NCBI RefSeq assembly: GCF_008000755.1
Contig: NZ_CP041690.1
Coordinates: 1,333,260 to 1,365,259, forward strand
Reading direction: 5' to 3'
From: Paradevosia tibetensis
GTDB lineage: Bacteria; Pseudomonadota; Alphaproteobacteria; Rhizobiales; Devosiaceae
Length of the DNA: 32,000 nucleotides
Position numbers and translations under genes: made by a program. This document shows, piece by piece, positions 14,491 to 22,969 of the stretch. The notes under the pieces were generated by a model that saw only the letters and a program-made list of their open reading frames with translations, searched no databases and was not told the DNA's origin. Position 1 is the stretch's first letter. Every line of letters starts with the position of its first letter.

Positions 14491-15147
14491 ATGCGCATTC
14501 TGGTGGTTGAAGACGACACGAATCTCAATCGGCAGATCAAGGACGCACTGATCGATGGCGGATATGCCGTCGACGTGGCCTTCGATGGCGAGGAAGGGCA
14601 TTACCTGGGCGACACCGAGCCCTACGATGCCGTGATCCTGGACATCGGCCTGCCGCAGATGGACGGACTTTCCGTGCTCGAGCAGTGGCGCCGCGACGGC
14701 AAGACCATGCCGGTGCTGCTGCTGACCGCCCGCGACCGCTGGAGCGACAAGGTGCAGGGCATCGATGCCGGCGCCGACGATTATGTCGCCAAGCCTTTCC
14801 ACATGGAAGAACTGCTGGCGCGCCTGCGCGCCCTGGTGCGGCGCGCCGCCGGGCACGCCTCAAACGAGATCACCGCCGGCCCGGTGCGGCTCGACGTGCG
14901 TTCGGGCAAGGTGACGGTCGATGGCCAGGCCATCAAGCTGACCAGCCACGAGCTGCGCCTGCTCAGCTACCTGATGCACCACAAGGGCAAGGTGATCTCG
15001 CGTACCGAACTCACCGAGCACCTCTACGACCAGGACTTCGACCGCGATTCCAACACCATCGAGGTCTTCGTGGGCCGGCTGCGCAAGAAGCTGCCCGAGG
15101 AGGTGATCCAGACGGTGCGCGGGCTGGGTTACCAGATCGTCGAATAG
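14491..15147 (+). CDS. OmpR/PhoB-family response regulator
   Basis: Receiver domain (MRILVVEDD, DAVILDIGLPQMDG, DDYVAKPF) plus winged-helix output domain (LTSHELRLLSYLM, IEVFVGRLRKKL, TVRGLGYQI). Confidence 0.95.
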   Translation: MRILVVEDDTNLNRQIKDALIDGGYAVDVAFDGEEGHYLGDTEPYDAVILDIGLPQMDGLSVLEQWRRDGKTMPVLLLTARDRWSDKVQGIDAGADDYVAKPFHMEELLARLRALVRRAAGHASNEITAGPVRLDVRSGKVTVDGQAIKLTSHELRLLSYLMHHKGKVISRTELTEHLYDQDFDRDSNTIEVFVGRLRKKLPEEVIQTVRGLGYQIVE

Positions 15148-15150
15148 CCG

Positions 15151-16512
15151 ATGCCGCAGCGCTCGATCGCGACGTCGCTCTTCCTGTTTTCGGCCGTCTG
15201 GCTGATCGTGGCGTTGGCCGGAACGGCCTTCCTGCTGTCCGGCCTCTATTCGCAGGCGCTAGACACCAGCCTCTCGGAAACCCTCGATTTCCACCTCGAG
15301 ACCCTGGTGGGCAGGACGCTCGAGGCTGGCGATCCGCGCAGCGACGCCATCGACCTGGGCGATCCGCGCTTCGACCGACCGGCCTCCGGCTGGTACTGGG
15401 CCATCCGCGATCCCCAGGGCAACGTGCTCAACCTCTCTCCGTCACTGGTGAGCATGCAGGTCCCGGTCATTTCCTCCCCGTTCGATGCGACGAGTAAGCG
15501 CACGGAGGCGACCAAGGACGATTTCGGCACCGAGATCCGCGTCAACGAGCGCGAAGTCACCGTCAACGGCCAGCCGCTGCGCGTGCTGGTGACGGGCAAT
15601 CTCGACGAGATCTTCCAGCTCGTGGACGATTTCCGCAGCCAGGCGCTCATCGTGCTGGGCGCGGTGGGCGCCATGCTCGCCATCATGAGCTTCATCGTCG
15701 CCCGTTTCGCGCTGCGCCCGATCAACCAGCTCCGCACCGCCGTCGAGCGCGTGCGCGAAGGCGAGAGCGAAAGCGTCACCGGCCAGTTCCCCCGCGAGAT
15801 CGCGCCGCTGGCCGACGAGGTCAACCAGCTCCTCAATTCCAACGCCCAGATCATCGAGCGCGCCCGCAACCAGGTGGGCAATCTGGCCCACGGCCTCAAG
15901 ACCCCGCTGGCCGTGCTGCGCAACGAAGCCGCGGCCGCGCCCAAGGACGGGCTCTCGCGCATCGTGCTTTCCGAATCCGACAAGATGACCCAGCTCGTTT
16001 CGGCCTATCTCGACCGGGCCCGGCTGGCGGCCCGCACGGCCATTGTGGGCAAGAAGGCCGACGCGGCCATTCTCGTCTCCCGACTGGCGCGCGTGATGCA
16101 GAAGCTTCACCCCGACCGGACCATCGATTTCCGCCGCCCCGACGCTTCGCTCCCCTGGTTCAGGGGCGACGAGGGGGACCTCGAGGAGATGGCGGGCAAC
16201 CTGCTCGACAACGCCTGCAAATGGGCCAGCGATCAGGTGCGCGTGAGCCTGGTGACCGACCGGCGCGAGGCTACCCCCATGCTGGTGGTACGCATCGAGG
16301 ACGACGGCAAGGGCCTGACCGAGGAAGAGGCGAGCAAAGTGTTGCGCCGCGGTGTCCGTCTGGACGAAAAGACGCCGGGAAGCGGTTTGGGTTTAGATAT
16401 CGTTAAGGAATTGGTTGACGTCTACGGTGGTTCGCTGCAATTGGGGCGATCCGACCTCGGCGGGCTCAAGGCGGAGCTGCGGCTCCCCGCCGCGCGCCCC
16501 GGACGGAACTGA
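15151..16512 (+). CDS. Sensor histidine kinase (two TM helices, periplasmic loop, HAMP, HisKA, HATPase_c)
   Basis: H-box NLAHGLKTPLAVLRNE, N-box NLLDNACKWA, DDGKGL, GSGLGLDIV. TM helices occur near residues 10-30 and 165-185. Confidence 0.93.
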   Translation: MPQRSIATSLFLFSAVWLIVALAGTAFLLSGLYSQALDTSLSETLDFHLETLVGRTLEAGDPRSDAIDLGDPRFDRPASGWYWAIRDPQGNVLNLSPSLVSMQVPVISSPFDATSKRTEATKDDFGTEIRVNEREVTVNGQPLRVLVTGNLDEIFQLVDDFRSQALIVLGAVGAMLAIMSFIVARFALRPINQLRTAVERVREGESESVTGQFPREIAPLADEVNQLLNSNAQIIERARNQVGNLAHGLKTPLAVLRNEAAAAPKDGLSRIVLSESDKMTQLVSAYLDRARLAARTAIVGKKADAAILVSRLARVMQKLHPDRTIDFRRPDASLPWFRGDEGDLEEMAGNLLDNACKWASDQVRVSLVTDRREATPMLVVRIEDDGKGLTEEEASKVLRRGVRLDEKTPGSGLGLDIVKELVDVYGGSLQLGRSDLGGLKAELRLPAARPGRN

Positions 16513-16564
16513 TCGGACTTCCGCCGCATTGCGGCACTGAAACCTGCGGTACAACGGGACTAAT

Positions 16565-17035
16565 ATGCAAAAGCTCACTCGCGCTCTTCCGCTCCTCGGT
16601 CTGCTTGCTCTGGCCGGCTGCTCCAGCACTGGCCCCGTGAGCCAGCCCGTGGCTACGGCCGCCGCCCCGGTGGCGACGGCGCCGATCCTTTCCGGCCCGA
16701 GCCCGGCCCAGCAGGTCGCCGCCGCCCAGACCGCCACCATGGTGGACGCCTATGTCGACCCGGCGGTCCTGCCCCTGATGAGCCCGAAGGAAAAGGCCGA
16801 CGCCTCGAGCGCCCAGTTCTACGCCCTGCAGTTCGGCCGCCCCGGCGCCCCGCGCACCTGGAGCGGTTCGGGTTCGAGCGGTTCGATCACCGTGGGCCCC
16901 TATGTGCGGGTCAACAACCTCGATTGCCGCGACTTCACCAACACGGTCACCGTCGCCGGCAAGCCCTACGTCCGCAAGGGCACCGCCTGTCGCGAAGTCA
17001 ACGGCACCTGGTCGGTCGCTTCCACCGCCGGCTGA
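16565..17035 (+). CDS. Lipoprotein with a surface-antigen (17-kDa antigen / RT0821-like) C-terminal domain
   Basis: Lipobox LLALAGC. C-terminal pattern WSGSGSSGSITVGPYVRVNNLDCRDFTNTV, GTACREVNGTW. Confidence 0.75.
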   Translation: MQKLTRALPLLGLLALAGCSSTGPVSQPVATAAAPVATAPILSGPSPAQQVAAAQTATMVDAYVDPAVLPLMSPKEKADASSAQFYALQFGRPGAPRTWSGSGSSGSITVGPYVRVNNLDCRDFTNTVTVAGKPYVRKGTACREVNGTWSVASTAG

Positions 17036-17111
17036 CGCGACCGGGCATTGGAGATTTTCTTTACGATCGCGGGGTAGGTTAGGGGCAAGTTCCTCAACCA
17101 CCCCACGACCA

Positions 17112-18332
17112 ATGCCACAAGCCAGCACGCAATCTACCCATGATGCGCCGGCACACGATGCCAAGTCCGCCGTGAGAGCGCAGGGCAAACCCGCGCCTTT
17201 CTTCGGCCTTCTCGACCCCATCATCGTCGAAGATCCGGCCGAGTTCCTCTTCGATGGGGCGCTGCCGCGCGAGCATGCCGACCATATCTGGACGTGGATG
17301 GTGCGCGACGTGGCGCCCGACATGCTGATGCCCGATGGCGTGCTGATCGACGCGACCGCATTCGAGCCCATAATGCCCGCCTTCATGGCCCGCCTGCGCG
17401 ATGTGCTGGACATGGCCAAGGACGGCAACGAGGACGGGCGCCGCCTGCGCATGCAGATCGGCGGCGAGGAAAGCTACGAGCGCCTGCCGGTTGCGCTCAG
17501 CGCCCTGCGCCAGCGCGCCCTGCTCGAAAAGGCCAAGGCCTTCGGCCGCGCCACCAATGCCACAGCCGATGAGGCCGCACTCATGGCCGCTCTCCAGGCC
17601 ATGCCGCTCCAGGACCACGGCGCCACAGCGCTGCTGATGCAGGCGGCCGTGGGGCAGATGGCCAATCCCAACAAGCTTATGGCCGCCGTCGTCCGCATCG
17701 CCGGGGCGCCCTCCGAGGCCGCCGTGACGCGTGCCGGTTTCGGTCCGCTGATCGACGCGCTGCTCGCGCACGCGCAGAACCAGCTCTTCTATCTTTCGCC
17801 GATGGGCGCCTTCGCCGACATCGACCTGACCTGCCGCGCCCTCGATCGCTTCCACAAGCTCGTGCGCGCCATCAACGGCTATGTCGAGATCAACCGCTCG
17901 GGCCGCTGGGCCCAGGTGCTCGCGGGGCTGACCAAGGCCGTGTCCGGCCGCATCGAGCCCAAGCTGCGCGAAATCATGCCCGACCTCAACCTGGCCATGC
18001 GCCGCCGCGAAAGCGGGGATCGGGTCGATTCGGACCGCATGCTCTCGGCCATCAGCGGCATCTACCTGCTGGCCACGGTGCGCGAATGCCGCGACTCGCT
18101 GGCCCTCAACGCAGCGTTCGAGCAGACCTGGAACCAGGTCGGCCAGGCGCTCGAGGTCCACATCAACCGCAACCTCGATGCCATCAAGGCCAATCCGGCC
18201 GACGCCGTCGCCGGCGAGCGGCTCGAGGCGGGCATCAAGATGGCCGAACTGCGCTTCAACCGGGAATATGCCGACGTGCTGCGTCGCGCCCGCGAGGCAG
18301 CGGTGCGCCGGACCCCGACCAGCGGCGCCTAG
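17112..18332 (+). CDS. Hypothetical protein, 406 aa, composition suggests largely helical; no family recognised
   Basis: Long ORF with normal amino-acid composition and GC3 bias. The ATG 17112 start was chosen because the track start at 16902 overlaps the lipoprotein gene and encodes Ser/Pro/Arg-rich junk. Confidence 0.65.
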   Translation: MPQASTQSTHDAPAHDAKSAVRAQGKPAPFFGLLDPIIVEDPAEFLFDGALPREHADHIWTWMVRDVAPDMLMPDGVLIDATAFEPIMPAFMARLRDVLDMAKDGNEDGRRLRMQIGGEESYERLPVALSALRQRALLEKAKAFGRATNATADEAALMAALQAMPLQDHGATALLMQAAVGQMANPNKLMAAVVRIAGAPSEAAVTRAGFGPLIDALLAHAQNQLFYLSPMGAFADIDLTCRALDRFHKLVRAINGYVEINRSGRWAQVLAGLTKAVSGRIEPKLREIMPDLNLAMRRRESGDRVDSDRMLSAISGIYLLATVRECRDSLALNAAFEQTWNQVGQALEVHINRNLDAIKANPADAVAGERLEAGIKMAELRFNREYADVLRRAREAAVRRTPTSGA

Positions 18333-20308
18333 AGCTTTTCGACCAGCCTCACCGAGACCTGCCGACTCGTGTCGCGCAGCACCAGGCGCCTGTCGGCCTC
18401 GCCATCGGCGACCAATGCGATGGCGCCCGACTGGCCCTCGGCCGACGGACCCAGGATCACGCCGCACGCGCTCAGCGGATCGGCCGCATCGGTATTGCGG
18501 TAAAGAAGGTTGCCCGCTTCGAAATGCCGGGGCTCGTCGCTGGCGACGCGCCACACGGCCTGCTCGGGTCCGAAGCGCTCATTGAGATAGTGCGGATAAG
18601 GCGTCTCGCGTTCGCGTGTCGGCGGCGCATCCGCCTGCGGCAGCGGCGCAGGGTCGATGCAGCGCTCGGCGGCGACCGCGCTTGCCTCCGAGACGGGAAT
18701 GAGCCCCAGCGCAATGTCGGCCGCCAGATCGCCAAGGCTGAGGGCATGGGCGGATTCGGAAAGCGTCGGCGCCCGCCGGTTGCGGCTGAGAAGGCTCAGA
18801 CGCAAGGGGCGCTCGATCCGCGGCCGCTCGGCAAGGCTCGCGCCGTCATCGAGATAGGCGGCGACTTCGTCCTCGGCGCGGGCCGGAACAACGCTCGCGG
18901 GCGCATCGGGCGATTCGTAGATCGGGTCGATCTCGATGTCGAAGACCGGGACCGCGGAGCGCCCGAAAAGCGTCGCGACGGCGGCGATGCCGCTCTGCGC
19001 GCAACCCGAGAGGCTCCGGTAGCCGGCGACGGATCCTGCAATGGCCATGCCGTCGATCTGGCCATCTGCGCCGAGCATGGCGGTATCGCCACGCCAACGC
19101 GCCTTGCCGCCCGCCGAAAGCCAGAGATTGAGAGCCGGCTGCCACCCGCCCGACACCACGAACTGGTCGGCGATCACGGCCGGTTCGGGCCGGGCATAGT
19201 TTTCCATCTCGAGCGAGAGGTGGATTTCCAGCCCGCCATGCCTGTGCGCCCCGACACTCTGCGGCACCAGCCCCGACGACAGCGGAATGCCATAGGCCTT
19301 GCTGAACTCGATGAAGCGCGACTGGGGCCGCAGGCGCGTGTCGCTCATCTTGGCAACCGCTACCTCGCTGTCGAGCGCCAACATGGCGAGGCGATAGGCG
19401 GGATTGGTCGCGGTATTGAGCGCGAGGCGCCGACCTGGCCGGATGCCGAATCGGTCGGCCCTGTCGAAGGCCTCGAGGAGCCCGACGACGCCGGGGAGAC
19501 GGTTGCCCGAAAACACCGGCAGGCGGTCGAGCGCTCCGGTCGCCAGGATGATGCGGGAGCTCGAAATGGCGAGCCGGCGCGGCGTCAGTCCGCCCTCGCT
19601 GCTCTGGACCTGGTGGGCGTGGACGACCGGACGCGAGACGGCCAGCGCCTCGGTCATGGTAAGGACAGTGACATTGGCAAGGTGCGCCAGCGCCTTGGCG
19701 AGACGCCCGATGACGACATCGGGCGCTTCCTCATCCTCGACCGAGCCGAAGAGTCGGGCCGACCCGCCCAGGTTCTGGCGTCGCTCGATGAGGATCACGC
19801 TGCTGCCGGATTGCCCGGCGGCCACCGCCGCCGACATGCCCGCCACGCCGCCCCCGACGATAACGAGATCGGCCTCCATCTCCGAGACCGGCGAAGCATC
19901 CCGCCAGGGGACGGTGCGCGTCGCCGGATCGTCGAACCTGATGCCGAGGCTGGGGTCGTTGCGGGGCAGAAGGCCGAGGAACCCGCGCCTCGGATGCCCG
20001 CTGACCGTGCGGAACTCGAGCCCGTCACGGGCCGGAGTTCTTTGCATCGGAAGGGCCCGTGACGGATCGGCGGCCAGGGCAGCCGGAGCAATGGCCGGCG
20101 CGAACCGTTCACTCAGGGCAATGGCATGGCCCTGGTGGGTGCCGGCAGTATCGATGCCCGAAGCCAGCAAGGCGCTTAGTACGGTGTCGCCCGCAAATCC
20201 ATTGACCACGCGTCCATCCAGGGTGAAGCGCAGCGGCGCGCCCCTGTCGATCTGGGTCCCGGCAAGCGGGGCGGCATCGGATTGCACGCGGTTCGGCTGA
20301 CCCTTCAT
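18329..20308 (-). CDS. SoxA/HcnB/OoxA-like FAD/NAD-binding oxidoreductase with an N-terminal 2Fe-2S-like (Fer2_4) fold and a C-terminal barrel
   Basis: LRFTLDGRVVNGFAGDTVLSALLASGI is Fer2_4-like and ADLVIVGGGVAGMSAAVAAGQSG is a Rossmann GxGxxG. The C-terminal end resembles a GCV_T C-terminal barrel. ATG 20308 gives an ATGA overlap with the upstream gene; the track start at 20365 is rejected. Confidence 0.72.
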   Translation of the reverse strand: MKGQPNRVQSDAAPLAGTQIDRGAPLRFTLDGRVVNGFAGDTVLSALLASGIDTAGTHQGHAIALSERFAPAIAPAALAADPSRALPMQRTPARDGLEFRTVSGHPRRGFLGLLPRNDPSLGIRFDDPATRTVPWRDASPVSEMEADLVIVGGGVAGMSAAVAAGQSGSSVILIERRQNLGGSARLFGSVEDEEAPDVVIGRLAKALAHLANVTVLTMTEALAVSRPVVHAHQVQSSEGGLTPRRLAISSSRIILATGALDRLPVFSGNRLPGVVGLLEAFDRADRFGIRPGRRLALNTATNPAYRLAMLALDSEVAVAKMSDTRLRPQSRFIEFSKAYGIPLSSGLVPQSVGAHRHGGLEIHLSLEMENYARPEPAVIADQFVVSGGWQPALNLWLSAGGKARWRGDTAMLGADGQIDGMAIAGSVAGYRSLSGCAQSGIAAVATLFGRSAVPVFDIEIDPIYESPDAPASVVPARAEDEVAAYLDDGASLAERPRIERPLRLSLLSRNRRAPTLSESAHALSLGDLAADIALGLIPVSEASAVAAERCIDPAPLPQADAPPTRERETPYPHYLNERFGPEQAVWRVASDEPRHFEAGNLLYRNTDAADPLSACGVILGPSAEGQSGAIALVADGEADRRLVLRDTSRQVSVRLVEKL

Positions 20309-21282
20309 GAGGCCGCCTCCGCAACCAGCGAGCGATCCGCCAGGGGCGAACGCGCGTCGATCCACGCCGCCTCCTGCGTGGTCGCGGCTCCAGCCAGGAA
20401 CCGGGCTAACGCGGGGGCGAGAAACGCCCCGGTCATCCCGAGCCCGGCAATGGTGAAGACATTGGCTTCCGAGAGCCCGAGCATCGGCGCGCCATCAGAA
20501 GTGGCTGCCGCCAGGAACCGCGCTTGGCCGGCCAGCCGGGCCCTTTCGCCCAGCGCGGCTCCCGCCATGCCGTTGGCGTTGGTACCTCCGCCCCGGACAA
20601 GAGCCGAGACGCCGCCGCCCGTGAGCTGGCGCATGGCAAGGCCACGGTCGATGAAGGACATCACGGGGGCCGGCAATGCCGGCAGGGGTTCGGTCATGAG
20701 CGTCAGCGACGGCTGCGGTTGCAGCAGGCGCGAGCCCCGGGCGAGGGCGGCCTCGTCGTCAGCGAGCACCGTGAACTCTGCCGTAGCATCTGCCACGTCG
20801 AGGCGGCGCACCCCCACCGATTCCAGCCACGGGATAAGCGCGGCTTCGAGGAACGGGCGGTTGATCAGCACGGCATCGCGGAAGCGGTTGGCGACGGCGC
20901 CGCCGGGCAGCGCGGACGATGCGGGCTCCGGCTCAACGGCGTGCCCGAAGCCGAGCGCGACATGGCGGACGTGTCCCAGCGCGTCGCGTCCGGCAGCGGT
21001 TTCGGCGACGACCAGGGGATCGATGCGGTCATAGGCCAGCTTACCGGCGACGCGCGCCAGGAGGCGCACCGTTTCGGGCACTGTCGCAGCGAGCAAGGCC
21101 CAGGTTTCGGGGCGGGTGAGGGGGGCAGCCGAAAGATCGAGCCCGGTCGGCAGCCGGAAGGCGGCGTGCGACTGGGCCACGAGGCACACCTTGCGCTGGT
21201 GCCGCGCCGCCAGCAACCCGGCCAGCAGCAGGGCCAGCGGGCTCGACCCGACTATCGCAAAATCGAAAGCGTCTGCCCCCAT
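20305..21282 (-). CDS. DAO/SoxB-like FAD-dependent oxidoreductase homolog with a degenerate dinucleotide-binding motif
   Basis: The N-terminus FDFAIVGSSPLALLLAGLLAARHQRKVCLV sits in the Rossmann position, but GxGxxG reads GSSPLA. Translationally coupled to the downstream SoxA-like gene. Confidence 0.6.
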   Translation of the reverse strand: MGADAFDFAIVGSSPLALLLAGLLAARHQRKVCLVAQSHAAFRLPTGLDLSAAPLTRPETWALLAATVPETVRLLARVAGKLAYDRIDPLVVAETAAGRDALGHVRHVALGFGHAVEPEPASSALPGGAVANRFRDAVLINRPFLEAALIPWLESVGVRRLDVADATAEFTVLADDEAALARGSRLLQPQPSLTLMTEPLPALPAPVMSFIDRGLAMRQLTGGGVSALVRGGGTNANGMAGAALGERARLAGQARFLAAATSDGAPMLGLSEANVFTIAGLGMTGAFLAPALARFLAGAATTQEAAWIDARSPLADRSLVAEAAS

Positions 21283-21320
21283 AAGTGCCTAGCTTCTCGA
21301 CGCTGCGGCAAACAGTCCAC

Positions 21321-21336
21321 AACACGGATACGTGTT
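21321..21336. promoter_or_regulatory. Perfect 6-4-6 palindrome AACACGgataCGTGTT in the divergent intergenic region
   Basis: Read directly from the sequence. It lies between the SoxB-like gene (start 21282, minus strand) and ccmI (start 21404). Confidence 0.25.
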
Positions 21337-21403
21337 CGCGTGCATTTTTTGTCGAAATCGCCCTATAGATGCCACCGTCGCCGACCGAGACGAACCTGCG
21401 CTG

Positions 21404-22489
21404 ATGCTATTCTGGATACTCGCCATCACGATCACCGCCATTGCGTGCGCCGCACTTTACTATGCGGCTGCCGGCCGAACGGTCAACGCGACCGTGGCTG
21501 CACAAGGCGATGCTACCGATGAGCATTACCGGCTGCAACTGGCTGAAATCAATGCCGATATCGCTTCGGGCCGTCTGGGAGACGCCGAAGGCACCGCCGC
21601 CAAGGCCGAACTCGCGCGCGAACTGATTCGCCTGCAGGGCGAGGATGGTGGCAAGAAAGCGGGCGCATCCGGCCCCGTGCTGCTGCCGCTGGCAGTGCTG
21701 GGCGTGGCCGTCATCGCCTTCGGCAGCTACGCCATGATCGGCAATCCGAGCCTGCCCAGCCAGCCGCTGGCATCGCGCGAAAAGCCGCTCGAAGAGACCA
21801 TCAACGTCGATGACGCCGTCAAGCGCATCGAGGCGCAACTGGCCGAGACTCCCGACGATGTGCGCGGCTGGACCGTCCTGGCCCCGGTCTACATGCAGAT
21901 GGGCCGTTTCGAAGACGCCGTCAAAGCGCTGCGCAAGGTCAACGAACTGGCCCCGCCCACGGCCGACAGCCAGACCGACCTCGCCGAAGCGCTGCTCATG
22001 ATCAGCAAGGGCGACATGACGGGCGAGCCGCTGGCCCTGCTCGAAAACGCCGCCAGGCTCGACCCCAAGCACGTGCGCTCCCACTTCTACCTGGCGGGCT
22101 ATGCGACCCAGACCGGCGACTATGCCGGCGCCGTGGAACAGTGGAACGCACTGATCAACTCGGCCGCCGGGACCGAGCCCTGGATCGCCACCGCCAAGGA
22201 AGGGCTGGCTGCCGCCCAGCGCGGGCTCGAGGGCAAGCCGATCGAGGGGCCGGCGCAACAGGATTCGGTGTCCGACGAGACCATCAAGTCGATGGTCGAG
22301 GGGCTCTCGACCCGGCTGATGCGGGATGGCGGTACCCTGGAAGAATGGACACGCCTGGTGCGCTCGCGGCTGGTGCTCGGCGATACCGCCGGAGCGCAGG
22401 CCGCCTATGACGCCGCCAAGGCGGCCTACCCGGATGCCGGCCAGCGGTCCGAGCTTGACGCGACCGCTGCGCAAGGAGGACTAAAGTAA
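21404..22489 (+). CDS. ccmI: c-type cytochrome biogenesis protein CcmI (CycH)
   Basis: N-terminal TM helix (MLFWILAITITAIACAALYY), a second TM helix, then TPR-like repeats (GWTVLAPVYMQMGRFEDAVKALRKV). Positioned ahead of ccmEFH. The track start at 21332 is rejected. Confidence 0.88.
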   Translation: MLFWILAITITAIACAALYYAAAGRTVNATVAAQGDATDEHYRLQLAEINADIASGRLGDAEGTAAKAELARELIRLQGEDGGKKAGASGPVLLPLAVLGVAVIAFGSYAMIGNPSLPSQPLASREKPLEETINVDDAVKRIEAQLAETPDDVRGWTVLAPVYMQMGRFEDAVKALRKVNELAPPTADSQTDLAEALLMISKGDMTGEPLALLENAARLDPKHVRSHFYLAGYATQTGDYAGAVEQWNALINSAAGTEPWIATAKEGLAAAQRGLEGKPIEGPAQQDSVSDETIKSMVEGLSTRLMRDGGTLEEWTRLVRSRLVLGDTAGAQAAYDAAKAAYPDAGQRSELDATAAQGGLK

Positions 22490-22493
22490 AAAC

Positions 22494-22967
22494 ATGGCCA
22501 TGACCCGCAAACAGAAGCGCATCTCGATCATTGGCGGCCTTGCCGTGGTGCTGGGCCTGGCAACGACGCTCGTGCTCGTGGCGCTGCGCGACCAGATCGT
22601 CTTTTTCTATACGCCGACCGAAATGCACGAAAAGGCAGTGGCGGCCGGAACGCCCGTACGCCTGGGCGGTTTGGTCAAGGTCGGTACCTGGCACAAGAAC
22701 GGACAGGACAACGACTTCGTGGTGACGGACGGCAAGAGCGAGATGACGGTAAGCTATGTCGGCATCCTCCCCGACCTCTTCCGGGAAGGGCAGGGCGTGG
22801 TTGCCGAAGGCAGCATCGGCACCAACGGCGCCTTCACCGCCTCCAACATCATGGCCAAGCACGACGAAAACTACATTCCCAAGGGCATCGTCGATGAACT
22901 CAAGGCTCGCGGCGAATGGAAGCCTGACGATCCGGCCGGATCGCTCAAGGCACTGAGCGGAGGCTGA
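22494..22967 (+). CDS. ccmE: Cytochrome c maturation heme chaperone CcmE (CycJ)
   Basis: TM anchor, FFYTPTE, RLGGLV, LPDLFREGQGVVAEG and the heme-binding His context MAKHDENYIP. Confidence 0.95.
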   Translation: MAMTRKQKRISIIGGLAVVLGLATTLVLVALRDQIVFFYTPTEMHEKAVAAGTPVRLGGLVKVGTWHKNGQDNDFVVTDGKSEMTVSYVGILPDLFREGQGVVAEGSIGTNGAFTASNIMAKHDENYIPKGIVDELKARGEWKPDDPAGSLKALSGG

Positions 22968-22969
22968 TC

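Noticed and set aside
16401-16420. The TTAA-containing stretch (gttaaggaattggttgac) as a CtrA-box-like site (TTAA-N7-TTAA).
   Set aside because: The second half-site reads GTTG, not TTAA, and the sequence lies inside the histidine kinase coding region far from any promoter.
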